NCBI GenBank assembly: GCA_020137815.1
Contig: CM035351.1
Location: forward strand, 3,534,001-3,598,000
Length of the DNA stretch: 64,000 bases
Direction: 5' to 3'
DNA from: Hormiphora californensis
Taxonomy: Eukaryota > Animalia > Ctenophora
The notes beneath the pieces were generated by a model, which saw only the letters and a program-made list of their open reading frames with translations, searched no databases and was not told the DNA's origin. Position 1 is the first letter of the stretch; every line of letters starts with the position of its first letter. Below are positions 49,538 through 61,665 of this stretch, in pieces. The position numbers and the translations under genes are program-made.

Positions 49538-51909
49538 AAGAAGAAGGCGAGAAAGAGAATGAAAGCTCCAGACAATCGACTAACTACACTGTTATACAGC
49601 TAGAAGTGAGAGTGACACAGTGTTGTTAAAAAGAGGGCTCGTAGCTAGCTGCTCATGGAACATTGGCCTACACGACACAGGCGAAGAAGAAGAGGAATGA
49701 GAACTGTCATTAGCTCATTCAAGTGTGGTACCGCGTGTGGTGCAATGGGCAGCTGTGCAATATAGCAGCTCTCGGAGTTCATATATATTGTATTGCAGTA
49801 GACACATGTAATATCGGTGAACTGACTCTGAAGGATCAGTAGGACCTCTATTACAGATCTTGTGCTGGTCATTATAATGCTTAGTAATCACAAACGATAC
49901 GAAGTATAAATACAAAAGTTCTTTTTTGAACTTTGTAAGGCTTAGGCCCGGTTCCGAGAGGGCTGTCTTTTTGTAGACAAATCTACTACAAATGAAGGAA
50001 CGAAATAGGCAGAAACTTGGAAAGCTGGACAACACTTTCTGGATAGAGTTGTATGGTATCCTAACTGGTCGCACTATAGTTGTATCTGGTGACGGATGTA
50101 GCACAACAATAGCTGTCAGCCCTCTTTACAGTTCCATCGACCAGTGAGTGATGACACACTATATAACAATGCAGTAATTCATGGTAGGGGTTTTGTTTTG
50201 TCTATATCATATCTCATTAGTTGCTTGGGACAGATATAAAGAGTAAAGACGTCAATGTAGATAGACACAGCCCACACAATGATTATTGGTCGTTGGATTG
50301 TGTCCAATGTGTGAAAGACAATTGAGATGTCTCAAGTATCGGCGATACTAAGCAGAATCGTCCATCAAAATGGCCGATGAGTATAACAAATTGTCAATGG
50401 ATTTACAGGAAATTACATGTCTTCCTTCTTTGCTAGTTTCCTACTCTTCTTGAAAATGTCAGTAAAATTTTACAACAGAGCATGTAAACTTTACTAAGTA
50501 AAGTCCAAACGGTGTACAGAAACTGGCGGTGATATAATATCATGATATGCAGCTTTAGGTATGTATAGCATATGATAATGCACATTATTGATAGCTGCAT
50601 GTCATTACACTTTACACTTTACTTTCTTGGAAGTCCATGGACTTAACATGTTCCCAGTCTGTCGGCTCTCACACATGAAGCGAGGCGATTCATCGCACGA
50701 ACAACTGTGTCTGCCAACACTGCAATTAACGTGGGGAAAAGTAGGCAGTGTTCTAACCCTACAAAGACAGACCAAGACAGACACAATGACAAGCGTAGGG
50801 CCCTCCAATGTGCACTGCTCTCCCTTGAATTTTCAAGGGAGTTCGTACGGAGGGTTCCAGGCTATGCCGTCTATACCCGGGTGGTATGAGACTTGGTACG
50901 CCTTAGCTTAATGCCCCCAAAAAAAAAAAACTGTGTAGCAATGGCAACCATGGACAACGGCATTCCCATTTAGCCGACCATGGACCATGGTTATGGTCTC
51001 TTAAAACCACATTGTCGTAATGCCGTGTCACCACCAAATATTAGTGAACTCAGAGTGTGTAGATAGGATTAAACTGTCAAATAAATGTTGGACTCACCAT
51101 CTTGATTAATTGAGAGGAACCGATCCGTCATCTGACGCCTCTTCGTTTGTACGATGGCTTCCTCTGTCCTCGGAAAACATCAGGAGGTGTGATCTTGTAG
51201 ACTCAAGACTTTCCTTCTGTATCACTAGATCTCCATGGCCAGAATCCCTCCAAAAGCATTGCTTGCTGAAAGTAATATGACAATAAACTTGAAGGGCGAT
51301 AGGTTGACATGTTTTCAGTCTTTCTTACGTTCGAATGACAGACTGCGTAGCAAGCGATAGGGTGCGAACACTGAGGGGCGCAACGTGCCCCAGTGTACTC
51401 TAATAGAAAACAAACAACTACAAAAAGAGGCACCGCTGTTTTATTTTAATTTACTCTTAACGGAGGTCTAGGGCCAAAAATTTCTCTTAACCGACGGAGG
51501 CAAATGGCAATTCGGTGATTCGCCAATCTGGAGCAAAAATTACTATTCAGTATTCCAGTGTATTCAATAGTGATGGTGGCCGTAGAAGTAGAACGACAGC
51601 AGTGCACTATGCAGCACCACTCACTAGAGAAAATTGGTTGGACATTCGCCAACACAAAGTCTTAAATGAAACAACAAGCCGACACCGGGGTCTCAGATAA
51701 TAAACGCACACCACGATTGGTCAGAGTGAACCTACAAAGTGGGGCAACACCGGAGTGTCGAGAGTACCCTCGTATCCATCATGGAACCCGGTTATTGTTT
51801 GTTGAGTAAGTTATTGTCGGATTGCTGTTTGAAGTATAGTATATAAATCTTCACGCCTACACACTTGTACAAAATAAACTCTAAAATAAGAGGGAACCCT
51901 AACAAACGT

Positions 51910-52068
51910 TCAAATGAGATTAAGGTCCACATTGTTTATGGGGGCGTGATGTATTTTCACTCGGGTACCTCGTAGTGCTATCAGACACACTCTCAGGATT
52001 GCGAACCGTATGCGGAGTCTGAGGTATTCTATTGCCTCACGGTAGGTGTTCCCATGCTCCTTCGCCAT
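51910..52068 (-). mobile_element. 3' fragment of a CRE-like (restriction-like endonuclease) non-LTR element
   Basis: KMAKEHGNTYREAIEYLRLRIRFAILRVCLIALRGTR is homologous to the end of the 59829-60311 ORF. Confidence 0.6.
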
Positions 52069-52300
52069 CTTTGTAACTTTGTACTTTGTAACTTTGTAAT
52101 CAACTTCATATATCAACATATAATGGTGTCAGTCCAATCGAACATCCCCCGCACAAACAGTCCCACGGGACCATTCCAGAATTGAATTGTTGTTTTGACG
52201 GCTGTATCCGGAGACAGGTGGTCTATCAGGGAAACGCTTCATCCACTCCCCGAGAAGAACCTTGAAATTCTCTAGCCTTTTTGCTGAATTCACCGTCTTT
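52069..52300 (-). mobile_element. Very short 3' end of a CR1-group LINE with a (TTACAAAG)n tail
   Basis: KTVNSAKRLENFKVLLGEWMKRFPDRPPVSGY...NSILEW*, followed by the tandem tail at 52069-52099. Confidence 0.7.
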
Positions 52301-53396
52301 CTTTTCCTCATATATATTCTTGACCTGGAGTCAGTGCTAGACGGTAGCATGTGTCTAACTTTTGCTGACGATACTAAGTTGGTAAAAGCTATTTCGGATA
52401 TGACTAGCCAGGCGTGCCTACAGAACGATCTTTTAAGAGTGGCAGAATGGGCAAAGAAGAACAATATGAAGTTACATGAGGATAAATTTCAGCTCTTGAG
52501 CTATAGTCTGAATAAGTCTGCTATCCTCAGACAGTTTCCTTTCGCAGCTGAAGTGTTTTCATATACTACAAGCTCAGGTGTGCAGTTGACCCCCGAACCT
52601 GATGTTCGTGATCTGGGTGTCCAGATGTCTTCAGATGGGTCATGGACGAGGCACATTTCTATCATAGTGCGGAAGGCTTCCCTCTTGAGTGGCTGGATAT
52701 GCAGCGTTTTTCGGGACCGTTCTCCGGAGGTTATGGTACAGCTTTTCAAGTCCTTGGTCAGGCCTATTCTTGAGTACTGTTGCCTAGTCTGGAACCCTTC
52801 CAAGGCTGGTGATATCAAGGCTATTGAGAATGTCCAACGTTGTTTCACCAGACGTCTTGATGGTATGCAGGGTCATGACTATTGGAATAGACTGAAATTG
52901 CTCAATCTTATGTCCCTTCAGCGTCGGAGACAGCGCTACATTCTGATTCATGTGTGGAAGACGATTCATGGTTTTGTACCTAACTCTGCCAACCTAGCAT
53001 TTCAACAGCACGCTAGACTGGGTATGCGGATAGTCCCACCACCTTACCCCTATAGAGCAGAAACGAAACGAGCTAATCAATTTCACTGCTCATTTGGTCC
53101 AAGAGCAGCTCATTTATGGAACACTCTACCTGCTGCTGTCAATTCTTGTGTGAGCTTGAATCAGTTCAAATCTTCATTGGGCAATTACTTGACAGGATTT
53201 CACGATCGTCCTCCAGTCAGAGGGTACCCGCCACTTCCAAATGACCTTTCGCCTCAATGTGCTGTGCTGTGCTGATGAGTGTGAGTGTGAAGGGATAGTT
53301 TTTCAACTTAATTTTATTTAGGTGGACCCATTCAGGGAAGGCCTGTTTCTTTATAAATAAAACTTTAATTGTAAACTTGTAAACTTGTAAACTTGT
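52301..53396 (+). mobile_element. 5'-truncated CR1-group LINE (C-terminal half of RT) with a (TTGTAAAC)n tail
   Basis: LFLIYI...FADDTKL...DLGV...RPILEYC...WNTLP...HDRPPVRGY. Confidence 0.85.
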
Positions 53397-53978
53397 TTCC
53401 TGCTAGTGTTCTGTTAAATACTTAAATCCTCGTCATTTTGGCAAAAAATGGCACAAAAAATTCAAAAACGGGGGGGTCGGCCGATATTGGCCTTGAATAT
53501 AAATAGTTTAAGTTTAAGTTTAAGTTTACGCACAATTTATCACAAAGTCACACAATTAATATATAACTTCGTCCCGCTCTTACACCATACACTAATAAAG
53601 TGATACAAGGCTGAGAGGTGAAAATATACAGTTCACATCAGCGGTTTCCTAAAGCGGTTTAAACAATACTTAGAGACAGTGATACACATCCTAGTAGCAT
53701 TAGATGCACAAAATACGAGGAACAAGGGGTTATAGAAAACAAGGTAACGAACTAACAAAACAAGCAGACAAACATAAAAACAGATTAAACAGAATACACA
53801 AAGTCACAGACGCAAAACACAACATCAGCAGTCAATACAAAACGGTTAATACAAAAACATACTAACACACGTACAAACACATTCACAGACAAACAGACAA
53901 TCACAAACACATACACACAGATTCGGTAATAAATAAATAATAAATTAGCTGTCCTTCAAACACACACTCACTGAAGAG

Positions 53979-54165
53979 TCCTTGACAAGTTTTTTATCGA
54001 GAAAAACGTATTGAGAAAAACGGTATCCTTGACAAGTTTTTTATCGAGAAAAACGTATTGAGAAAAACGGTATCCTTGACAAGTTTTTTATCGAGAAAAA
54101 CGTATTGAGAAAAACGGTATCCTTGACAAGTTTTTTATCGAGAAAAACGTATTGAGAAAAACGGT
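53979..54165. repeat. 47-bp tandem repeat x4 in the LINE 3' UTR
   Basis: Unit tccttgacaagttttttatcgagaaaaacgtattgagaaaaacggta. Confidence 0.9.
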
Positions 54166-54469
54166 GTGTATGGTTCTTTCTTCATTCTTCGGCATAAAAC
54201 TCAGCCAGTCTGGAACCTCAGCTACTCAAACTCTGCTAAACAACTCAGAGGCCAGAAAATGTTAACAATTTACACAAAATGCACACTTGAAAATATTAAC
54301 TCATTGACTCAGTCATAGGTGGTCCCTCTACTAAGTCTCAGGTAGATGTAGGAAGGAATGGTGTAGAAAGTAGGAAGGGATGTAGGAAGGAATATAGGAA
54401 GGAATGGTGCAGAGTAGAGACAGTAGGTCAGGTGGGATGTAAGGAAGCTGGAGAGAGGGTCTGGAAGAA

Positions 54470-55037
54470 GAGACAGCACCTAGGACACGGGAAACCCAGG
54501 AACGAACCAGGTAAGGACAGGGAGGCAGACTATTTAGTTCCATGGAACTGCAGGAAGAAATGATGTAGGATTGAGAAAGCAGGTCATAGGTGGGATATAG
54601 GGGAGCTGGAGTGTGGGTCTGGAAATAGGGCGTGGTGGCAATGGTAGCGAGAGACAGCAGACAGGACACGAGAACCTAGGTACGAACCAGGTAAGGACAG
54701 GGAGGTAGACTATTTAGTTCCAGGAAGAAATGATATAGGATTGTGTCAGCAGGTCATAGGTGGGATATAAGGGAGCTGGAGTGTGGGTCTGGAAGTAGGG
54801 CGTGATGGCAGTGATCGCGAGAGACAGCAGACAGGACACGAGAGCCCAGGAGCGAACCATGTAAGGACAGGGAGGCAGACTATTTAGTTCCAGGAAGGAA
54901 TGATGTAGGATTTAGACAGCAGGTCATAGGTGGGATATAAGGGAGCTGGAGTGTGGGTCTGGAAGTAGGGTAGTGGTGGCAGTGATAGCGAGAGACAGCA
55001 GACAGGACACGGGAACCCAGGAACGAACCAGGTAAGG
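54470..55037. repeat. Roughly 170-bp tandem repeat, about 3.3 copies, in the LINE 3' UTR
   Basis: Recurring gagacagcagacaggacacg...ggtaaggacagggaggcagactatttagttcc...caggtcataggtgggatata. Confidence 0.85.
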
Positions 55038-55264
55038 CCAAGGGAGGGATCTATTTCCCAAAAGTTGTGAAACAGGATCAGATTTAGAACCGCATGCAAG
55101 GAATATTATAGGCAGGGAATAATGAGGCGTTTATGTGCGGAGCTGGAGCCTGGGGGAAAACAACAGATTTACTGTGAAGTTAACTGGACTGGGTGCCCAG
55201 GAAATGATGCAGGTAGATTTGTGCCGGGAAGATGGTGCGGTACTGATATAATGCCGAGTGAGGT

Positions 55265-58210
55265 TTATTCAGGTCCATAAGCCAAAGTAAACATATGGGT
55301 TTTCAAGGCCTTTTTAAACATCGGCAAGGTTTCTGTGGTTCGAATTTCTTTAGGTAGGCGATTCCAGATCCTCGGAGCAGCTATACTAAAAGCTCTCTCA
55401 GTGGTTTTGTAGTTGTAGTTACTGTGTACCTCTTCCAGTCTTGTCGTGTCACAATCGACTCTTAAACTCATCGGTTTTTGTTTCCGTCTTTGTAGCATTT
55501 CTGATATGTATCCAGGCGTCCCATTATTCAGGGATTTGTATACCATCATACAGATCTTATATTCTATTCTGTGTCTAACAGGTAGGAAGTGGGATTTTTT
55601 CCGTAGATCTGTTACACCACGTCTGCTACGTTTACCATGGACAAAGCGAGTGGCAGAGTTCTGTAGCTTCTGAAGACGCTTCACATCCTTGTCTTTGAGA
55701 CCTATCAGTAGAGCGCTACAATAATCAATCTTTGAGTGTATCAGTGAGTTCACAAGTTGGGTCTTTTGCTTTTTGTTCAGTTTGCCTGCAATTCTCCACA
55801 TGTTGACGAGTTGGTAGTTGCACGACTGAACAACTCTGGAGACGTGCTGGGACATCGTGAGTTCGCTATCGACCATGACGCCGAGATTCTTAGCAACTGG
55901 TTTGACTTCCGTTTCTTCTTGTGCAATGTTCAGTGTGGCATCACTGGTAGATTTATCCCATTTGTTTCGTAGGATAAGAACTTCTGTTTTATCCGGATTC
56001 AACTTCAACAGGTTCTGTGTCATCCAGAGACGAATGTGAGACACACAGCTCTGAACTTTCTTTATCACATCATCGAATGTTTCTGGTGTGAAAGCTATCG
56101 AAAGTTGAGAATCATCCGCATACATGTGCAGGCTGAGACCATATAGTTCCGCTATTTTCTGTAGATCTCTGGTGTATAGTATGAACAAGAGGGGCCCCAG
56201 GATGGAACCCTGAGGAACACCAATGCTGATAGACTTTGCTTCTGACTCGACCGAACCTATCTTTACTCTAGCTGTTCGATTAGTAAGATATGATTCAATC
56301 CAGCTCAATACCTTTCCAGTCACTCCATAATCATGTTTCAGGCGGTGTAGTAGCTTGGCATGAGATATGGTGTCAAAGGCCGCTGAAAGGTCCAGAAGAA
56401 CTAGGATGACCTTGGTCTTTTTATCCAGCTGCACAAGTATGTCGTTTACTATCTTGATAGTGGCCGTTTCACAGCTATGTTTCGATCGATAAGCAGATTG
56501 AACTTCACTGAACAGTCCATTACTCTCCACGTAGTCAGTAAGCTGGTCAGCGACGCATTTCTCCAGGACCTTCGAGATGAACGAAAGGTTTGAGATTGGT
56601 CGATAACTATTAAGTTCATCAGGGTCTAGGTCACTGTTTTTGTATGATGGACGAATAACAGCAGACTTTAAGCTATCAGGGACTTCTCCTTTGGTGAGAC
56701 TGGTGTTCACAATCTTAGAGACTATTGGAATGAGGGCTGGAAAAGCATCATTGACGAATGAAGTTGGCATAGGGTCCAGGGTACAGTGTTTCTTGTTCAT
56801 AGCACGGACAGTAGCAGCCAGCATCGAATCGGAGACAGGTTGAAATTTCGCAAACTTTGGCAACTCTGCATCTGTTTCTAGTCGCGGTGTCAGTTCAGGA
56901 AGATCGGCTGTGAAATCCGGATCAAGCTGAATTTTCTCATAGATTGCCGCGATCTTGGAAGTGAAAAAGTCGATCATCCGGTCTGGAAGCCCATCTGGAT
57001 CGTCAGTGGAGGGGAGTTGGGTCGGTGTCTTTTCCTTTCCGAGCAGGTGGTTTAGGATTTGATACAACGCAGCATGATTTCCGTCTGCTGCCTCTAGACG
57101 CTGTTGGAAGAATTCTCTTCTGGTGCGATTGAATACAGTTTTAGTAAACCGGATCTCAGCTATGAACAACTTTTCAGCTATTAGAACTTTTTCGTGGCAG
57201 ACTGGTTTGTTCTTTTGCTTCTGTTTAAGGGCTTTCTTGTACGCTGACTTGTACTTCCGCTCTGCTTTTCGGCGTTTGTGTAGAGCATCATAGCACTCTT
57301 GAGTAAACCAAGGGGGCTTAGAGGCTTCCGAAACAACTTTCTCCTCAATCGGTGCTAACTGGTCAAGTATGTCTTCAAGTATGGTGTTATACAGTTTGAC
57401 ACATTCATCGACTGATTCAGGAAGCGGAGATTGACACAGTTTTGATTTCAGAATCATATCCCGCACCAATTCAGTAGAGACTCGTTTCATCGAGCGGCCA
57501 GTGATCGTTTTCTTATGTTTGATCCCGTTTGCTGAGCCACAATGAATTTTGAAGTCAACTAAGAAGTGGTCGGGTACTTCAGGGGTAGGTGTGACATTCA
57601 AAGAGTCAAGAAGTGGGACATCTTTTGTCAGTACTAGATCAAGGGTGCCCCCGTGGAGGTGAGTCGGTTCTCGAACATGCTGTATCCAACAATGATCCTC
57701 AAGTATTTGCAAGAAACTTTGGGCAAATGGACAGAGCAGTTTTTCCACGTGAACATTAAAGTCACCAGTTATCAGATGATGTCCAGACTTCGATGAAAAC
57801 ACTGAAAGAAACTCCTCGAACTCCTCAAGGAAGATCGCCTGTTTGGAAGAATCAGGGGGACGGTAGATAACAGCAACTCTCGTCAGGTCTATTCCAGGTC
57901 CATCAAGTATTGCTTCCAGCAACTCAAAGCTCGAGAAGACTTTACGAGATTTACATCGTTTCACTTTTAGTTCTTTCCTGTAAACAATGGCAACTCCACC
58001 ACCTCTGCTACCGCGAGGAACACTGAGCAGCTTGTAGGGGAATTCTTCTATCTCCTTTGATAGAGCAGATTCTTTTGGAGATAGCCAAGATTCGGTTACA
58101 CACATCACATCTATTTCCTGATCCATAGTTAGTACCAAGACTTCCTCTGTTTTGTTGCGAATCGAGCAGCAGTTGATGTTTCCGAAACTAAGAGAGGGAA
58201 CTTTAGACAT
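55265..58210 (-). CDS. LINE ORF2, APE-RT (981 aa, intact)
   Basis: NINCCSI, VTESW, GDFN, PDH, SYRPIS, LDLSAAFD, GVPQGS and YADD. Confidence 0.92.
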   Translation of the reverse strand: MSKVPSLSFGNINCCSIRNKTEEVLVLTMDQEIDVMCVTESWLSPKESALSKEIEEFPYKLLSVPRGSRGGGVAIVYRKELKVKRCKSRKVFSSFELLEAILDGPGIDLTRVAVIYRPPDSSKQAIFLEEFEEFLSVFSSKSGHHLITGDFNVHVEKLLCPFAQSFLQILEDHCWIQHVREPTHLHGGTLDLVLTKDVPLLDSLNVTPTPEVPDHFLVDFKIHCGSANGIKHKKTITGRSMKRVSTELVRDMILKSKLCQSPLPESVDECVKLYNTILEDILDQLAPIEEKVVSEASKPPWFTQECYDALHKRRKAERKYKSAYKKALKQKQKNKPVCHEKVLIAEKLFIAEIRFTKTVFNRTRREFFQQRLEAADGNHAALYQILNHLLGKEKTPTQLPSTDDPDGLPDRMIDFFTSKIAAIYEKIQLDPDFTADLPELTPRLETDAELPKFAKFQPVSDSMLAATVRAMNKKHCTLDPMPTSFVNDAFPALIPIVSKIVNTSLTKGEVPDSLKSAVIRPSYKNSDLDPDELNSYRPISNLSFISKVLEKCVADQLTDYVESNGLFSEVQSAYRSKHSCETATIKIVNDILVQLDKKTKVILVLLDLSAAFDTISHAKLLHRLKHDYGVTGKVLSWIESYLTNRTARVKIGSVESEAKSISIGVPQGSILGPLLFILYTRDLQKIAELYGLSLHMYADDSQLSIAFTPETFDDVIKKVQSCVSHIRLWMTQNLLKLNPDKTEVLILRNKWDKSTSDATLNIAQEETEVKPVAKNLGVMVDSELTMSQHVSRVVQSCNYQLVNMWRIAGKLNKKQKTQLVNSLIHSKIDYCSALLIGLKDKDVKRLQKLQNSATRFVHGKRSRRGVTDLRKKSHFLPVRHRIEYKICMMVYKSLNNGTPGYISEMLQRRKQKPMSLRVDCDTTRLEEVHSNYNYKTTERAFSIAAPRIWNRLPKEIRTTETLPMFKKALKTHMFTLAYGPE

Positions 58211-58212
58211 AT

Positions 58213-59650
58213 CTAGTTTTTTGCCTGTTCTTCAATGAGGGATAGGCGGAATGGGCACAGCCGTTCTCCACTGTGATGATCTCTGGCTCGTGTTTTAAAA
58301 GTTTGAGACTTGTTGCAATTGACACAGAACTTCTTATCTCGGTTGGTGCAGGTTTTAACATCGTGGTCATCGCCGCAGAGTTTACACACCAGAACAGTGC
58401 TAGTACAGTCCGCTGTTTTGTGTTTAAACCCATGACACTTGAAACACTGTGGTATATGGTATCGTTCAACTACATTCAGTCCGGGACCAGGCATAGTACA
58501 CCTTTCCTGTTTCGAGAAGACGTTTTTGGAGGGGAATAGGGAGTCTTAAGGCAACTGTACACTTTTCCTTGTTTTGGAAATGGCTTTTTATGTAAACCAC
58601 AGTAACATCCGGTGATACTAGACATGGGTTTTTCTGTTGCAGAGTAGTGAGTACTCGATCTTTGGCCTCTTCCGTTGTCAAGCTCTCTATATTTTCCGGA
58701 ACATTGAGAATCGTGACCTTGGCAGTTCCAGAGATCACAGACATGATGGCATCCTCGGGAATCGATTTGGTGACCAGATCCTTGACTGCTTCGATATTAG
58801 TTGATTCAGGGAAACCTACCCTGACTTCTGCAGCATGGTTTGTATCCATGAAGAGCATAGGAGTCTTTGCTAGGCAAGTGGTTAGGGTCTTCGAGATGTT
58901 CTCAGGGTCATTTGTTCCACATGAGATTCTTATTCTGTGGGACTTCTCACGGGGCACTGTTGGGGCCGGTGGGGGTGGGGCAGATTTAGGAATCGGCGTT
59001 GCTAGAAGTGGCTGCTTGTTTTGGCGCTGCGTGGGCTTCTTCTGACCGGCAACAAACCATGCAGGTTCTGCGGGAACAATAGTAGCATCTGCTACGTTTA
59101 TTGGCTCGAGTTCAGGCTGTTGGGTAGTGGCAGTGGTTAGGGAGGATTCAATAGGGTTGAATGTGGCTTGGATAGGGTTTAGTGTGGATCCAATCATTTG
59201 GGCTACTTTCTCAGCAATAGCATTGAGTAACGAGTTGCCGGGTGTTAGTAATTGGGCAGTGTAAATACAAGATGGACAAGTCCAATCAGGTGTTTTGAAA
59301 ACTTCACTACCTTGGGGAACGAGGTCTAACGCAGCCACGAGAAATTTCAGTCCAACACACTCAGCATGATAGTCAACATTGCATACCTTGCAGTGCATGA
59401 CTCCATTGGAATCCTGTACGTTGCTTCCGCACAGACATGGCTTTGCAGCGGTGGTCATATGGTAGGGAGTGTTAGGTTGGCCGTGAAAGGACACAGGATG
59501 TGGAGTGGAGGAAAGGGCGGTAGGGAAGAGGGTTGTTCCGATCAAGGAGTTCGGTGGGATGTTGGGGTCTTTGGTTTTACATACCGGAGTTGTTGGAGAC
59601 GAAGGAGACGAAGGGTAGATGTTGGTCATACTTCGACTTCTCGTGATCAT
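58213..59650 (-). CDS. LINE ORF1 with a PHD finger and CCHC knuckles; one +1 indel near 58480
   Basis: PHD CLCG...HCKVC...YHAECVG...WTCPSC, then knuckles CFKCHGFKHKTADC, CKLCGDDHDVKTC and CVNC...H...C. Ends QAKN*. Confidence 0.8.
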
Positions 59651-59828
59651 CGTCGTCTTTTCTGTTATCACTACTTTAACTTTATCGAGGCGTCTCTTGG
59701 CTTTTACTTGACATGCCTCAATAAATAGTTTTACGTTGTAGTTGATGAAAGTTTGAAACTGGTACACACACTAACAATGTCAATAATAAATTAAACAAAC
59801 GGGGTCAATAAATTATATAAATAAAGAT

Positions 59829-60311
59829 TTAGTCTATTTGGTAGATACTATCATCCCGACCGCTGCTGCCTTCCGCCCTAAGCCGTCCGCGGTGCCCCCT
59901 GATGGAAATGGTGACGGAGCGGACCATGGCAAATGACAACCTTAGCCTCAGGTACCGGATAAACTGGTCGTATGAATATCCTGTTTTAGTCGCCTTCTTC
60001 TCAGCCAACTGTTTCAAAGTCTTATTAAATTCCCTTCCGAGGCCCCCTGTCGTTGACATTACCAGTGGTGTGAATGTTGACTTTTCCACCTCTAGGACAC
60101 GGTGGAGGTAGGATGTTTTCTTCTCTCTCTCGTGTTTTTCATATGTTTTGGTGATGGTCTGGTTTGAGTTGGACGATATCCTTGGATTGAAAATCCTAAC
60201 ATCAAAATAGATATTGTCCATATCCGACCAAAAGCCGCGACTACTGATGTCAAGTCTGGCGCCATCGGCTGTTATAGTGCCAGCCGGAAGATTCACCCCT
60301 CGAACATTCAA
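59829..60311 (-). mobile_element. 5'-truncated CRE-like non-LTR element, restriction-like endonuclease domain
   Basis: ARLDISSRGFW...FDVRIFNP...HEREKKTSY...FTPLVMSTTGGLG follows the RLE (R-x-D...D...E..K..Y) pattern. Confidence 0.75.
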
Positions 60312-60571
60312 AAACGCAAAACTTTTGAGCTTGTGTTTTTGCTGCGCGCAATAAAAGGACGCGCAAAAAGAACGGCCACGACGCGCACCTCAGAAACTTC
60401 GCAAGATATGAAGAAGAAATTGAAACTTCATTTTCAAGATGGCCGTTTTCTCACTTTTATATTTTTCATGCGTGTATTTGTTTGAAAAGCGCTGCCTTAT
60501 CCCGCGGGGGCCAGCGGCGTTTGCCAATGTATTTGTCTTCTCTAGTCCATGATCCATCCATAACCTTCTGT

Positions 60572-61665
60572 CATGGACATAAAGACCTCAGCCGGTTACA
60601 AAAAGTCCAGAACTCTGCGGTAAGATTCGTTTTCTCCAAACACACATACCGAGGTACAACTGCACTTCGCCAAAGGCTCCATTTCCTACCCATTGAGCAG
60701 CGTGTCAACTTCAAACTCTGCCTGATGACACACAAGATCATTAATGACCGTGCTCCCAAATCTACGGCTTCACTACTCCAGATAAGGCAGAAAAAGCCGA
60801 AATCACTCCGGGCAGACCATGATGCTACTATCCTCGAAAAACGGCACACAAGGTACAAATCTTCAAGCGGAGCCTTTAGTGTCGCTGCTCCAGCCATATG
60901 GAACTCTCTCCCCCGCTCCCTCCGTGAAACAACCTCCACCTCGGCCTTCCGATCCAGCCTAAAAACTCATTTCTTCAAAGAGGCATATGACCTCTAAAAC
61001 CGTTATCAAAATCCAAAAGAGACTCCTCAGACAATTGTGTGTTTTTTGTGTATTTCTGAGTGTGTTTCTTAGTCAAGTGTTTCCAGTGTTTTTAGTACTG
61101 AGGTCTTAGAGCGTTTCTCCAAGTGTTCTAGTGCTTTTTCTAGTGTGTTCTAAGCGTTTTTATATTTATTTGTTAATGCTTGCCCGCCTGCCTCTTTTTT
61201 GTGATAAGTTTTTTTCAAAACCCCGGGCTGTTTTTCAGACTCATTTGTTTCCAGTATATGTGTGTATGTGTGTGTCTTTTTTAAGTGTGATCTAAGTGGT
61301 TTTTATATATATTTGTTACGGGATGGAAGTTTCTTTTTTTTATGAGTTTTAATTTTTTGGGCGTACCCAGGGCTGTTTCTTTTGTAGACGAATTGTAGAG
61401 ATAATTTATTGATGACCTAATTTATTGATAAAAGAAAGAAAGAAAGAAAAAAGCAAAAAAAAACAAAAAAAAAAAAACAAAAAAAAACAAAAACAAAAAA
61501 AAACAAAAAAAAAATCAAAAAAAAAAAAACAAAAAAAAAACAAAAAAAAAACAAACAAAAAAAAACCAAAAACAAAAAAAAACAAAAAAAAACAAAAAAA
61601 AAAAAACCAAAAAAAAAACAAAAAAAAACAATAAAAAAAAAAGAAGAAAAAAAAGAGAAAAAAAT
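60572..61665 (+). mobile_element. 3' fragment of a CR1/L2-group LINE, followed by an A-rich tract
   Basis: LQKVQNSAVRF...LHFLPIEQRVNFK...AFSVAAPAIWNSLP...LKTHFF is homologous to the end of the 55265 ORF2. Confidence 0.75.

Larger units (their letters stand above)
53506..59814 (-). mobile_element. Near full-length CR1/L2-group LINE with a long repeat-containing 3' UTR and a (TAAACT)n tail
   Basis: ORF1 plus ORF2, tail at 53506-53528, and a candidate AT-rich TSD atataaata at 53497-53505 and 59815-59823. The 5' boundary is uncertain. Confidence 0.85.

Noticed and set aside
53979-54165. CRISPR-like 47-bp repeats
   Set aside because: No spacers; a tandem repeat within a LINE 3' UTR.
58466-58494. 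Programmed frameshift inside ORF1 of the 53-59 kb LINE
   Set aside because: A single extra base with no slippery motif; better explained as a mutation or sequencing error.
61406-61665. Poly-Lys and poly-Phe ORFs
   Set aside because: These are translations of a low-complexity A-rich tract (degenerate retro-tail or noisy homopolymer), not genes.
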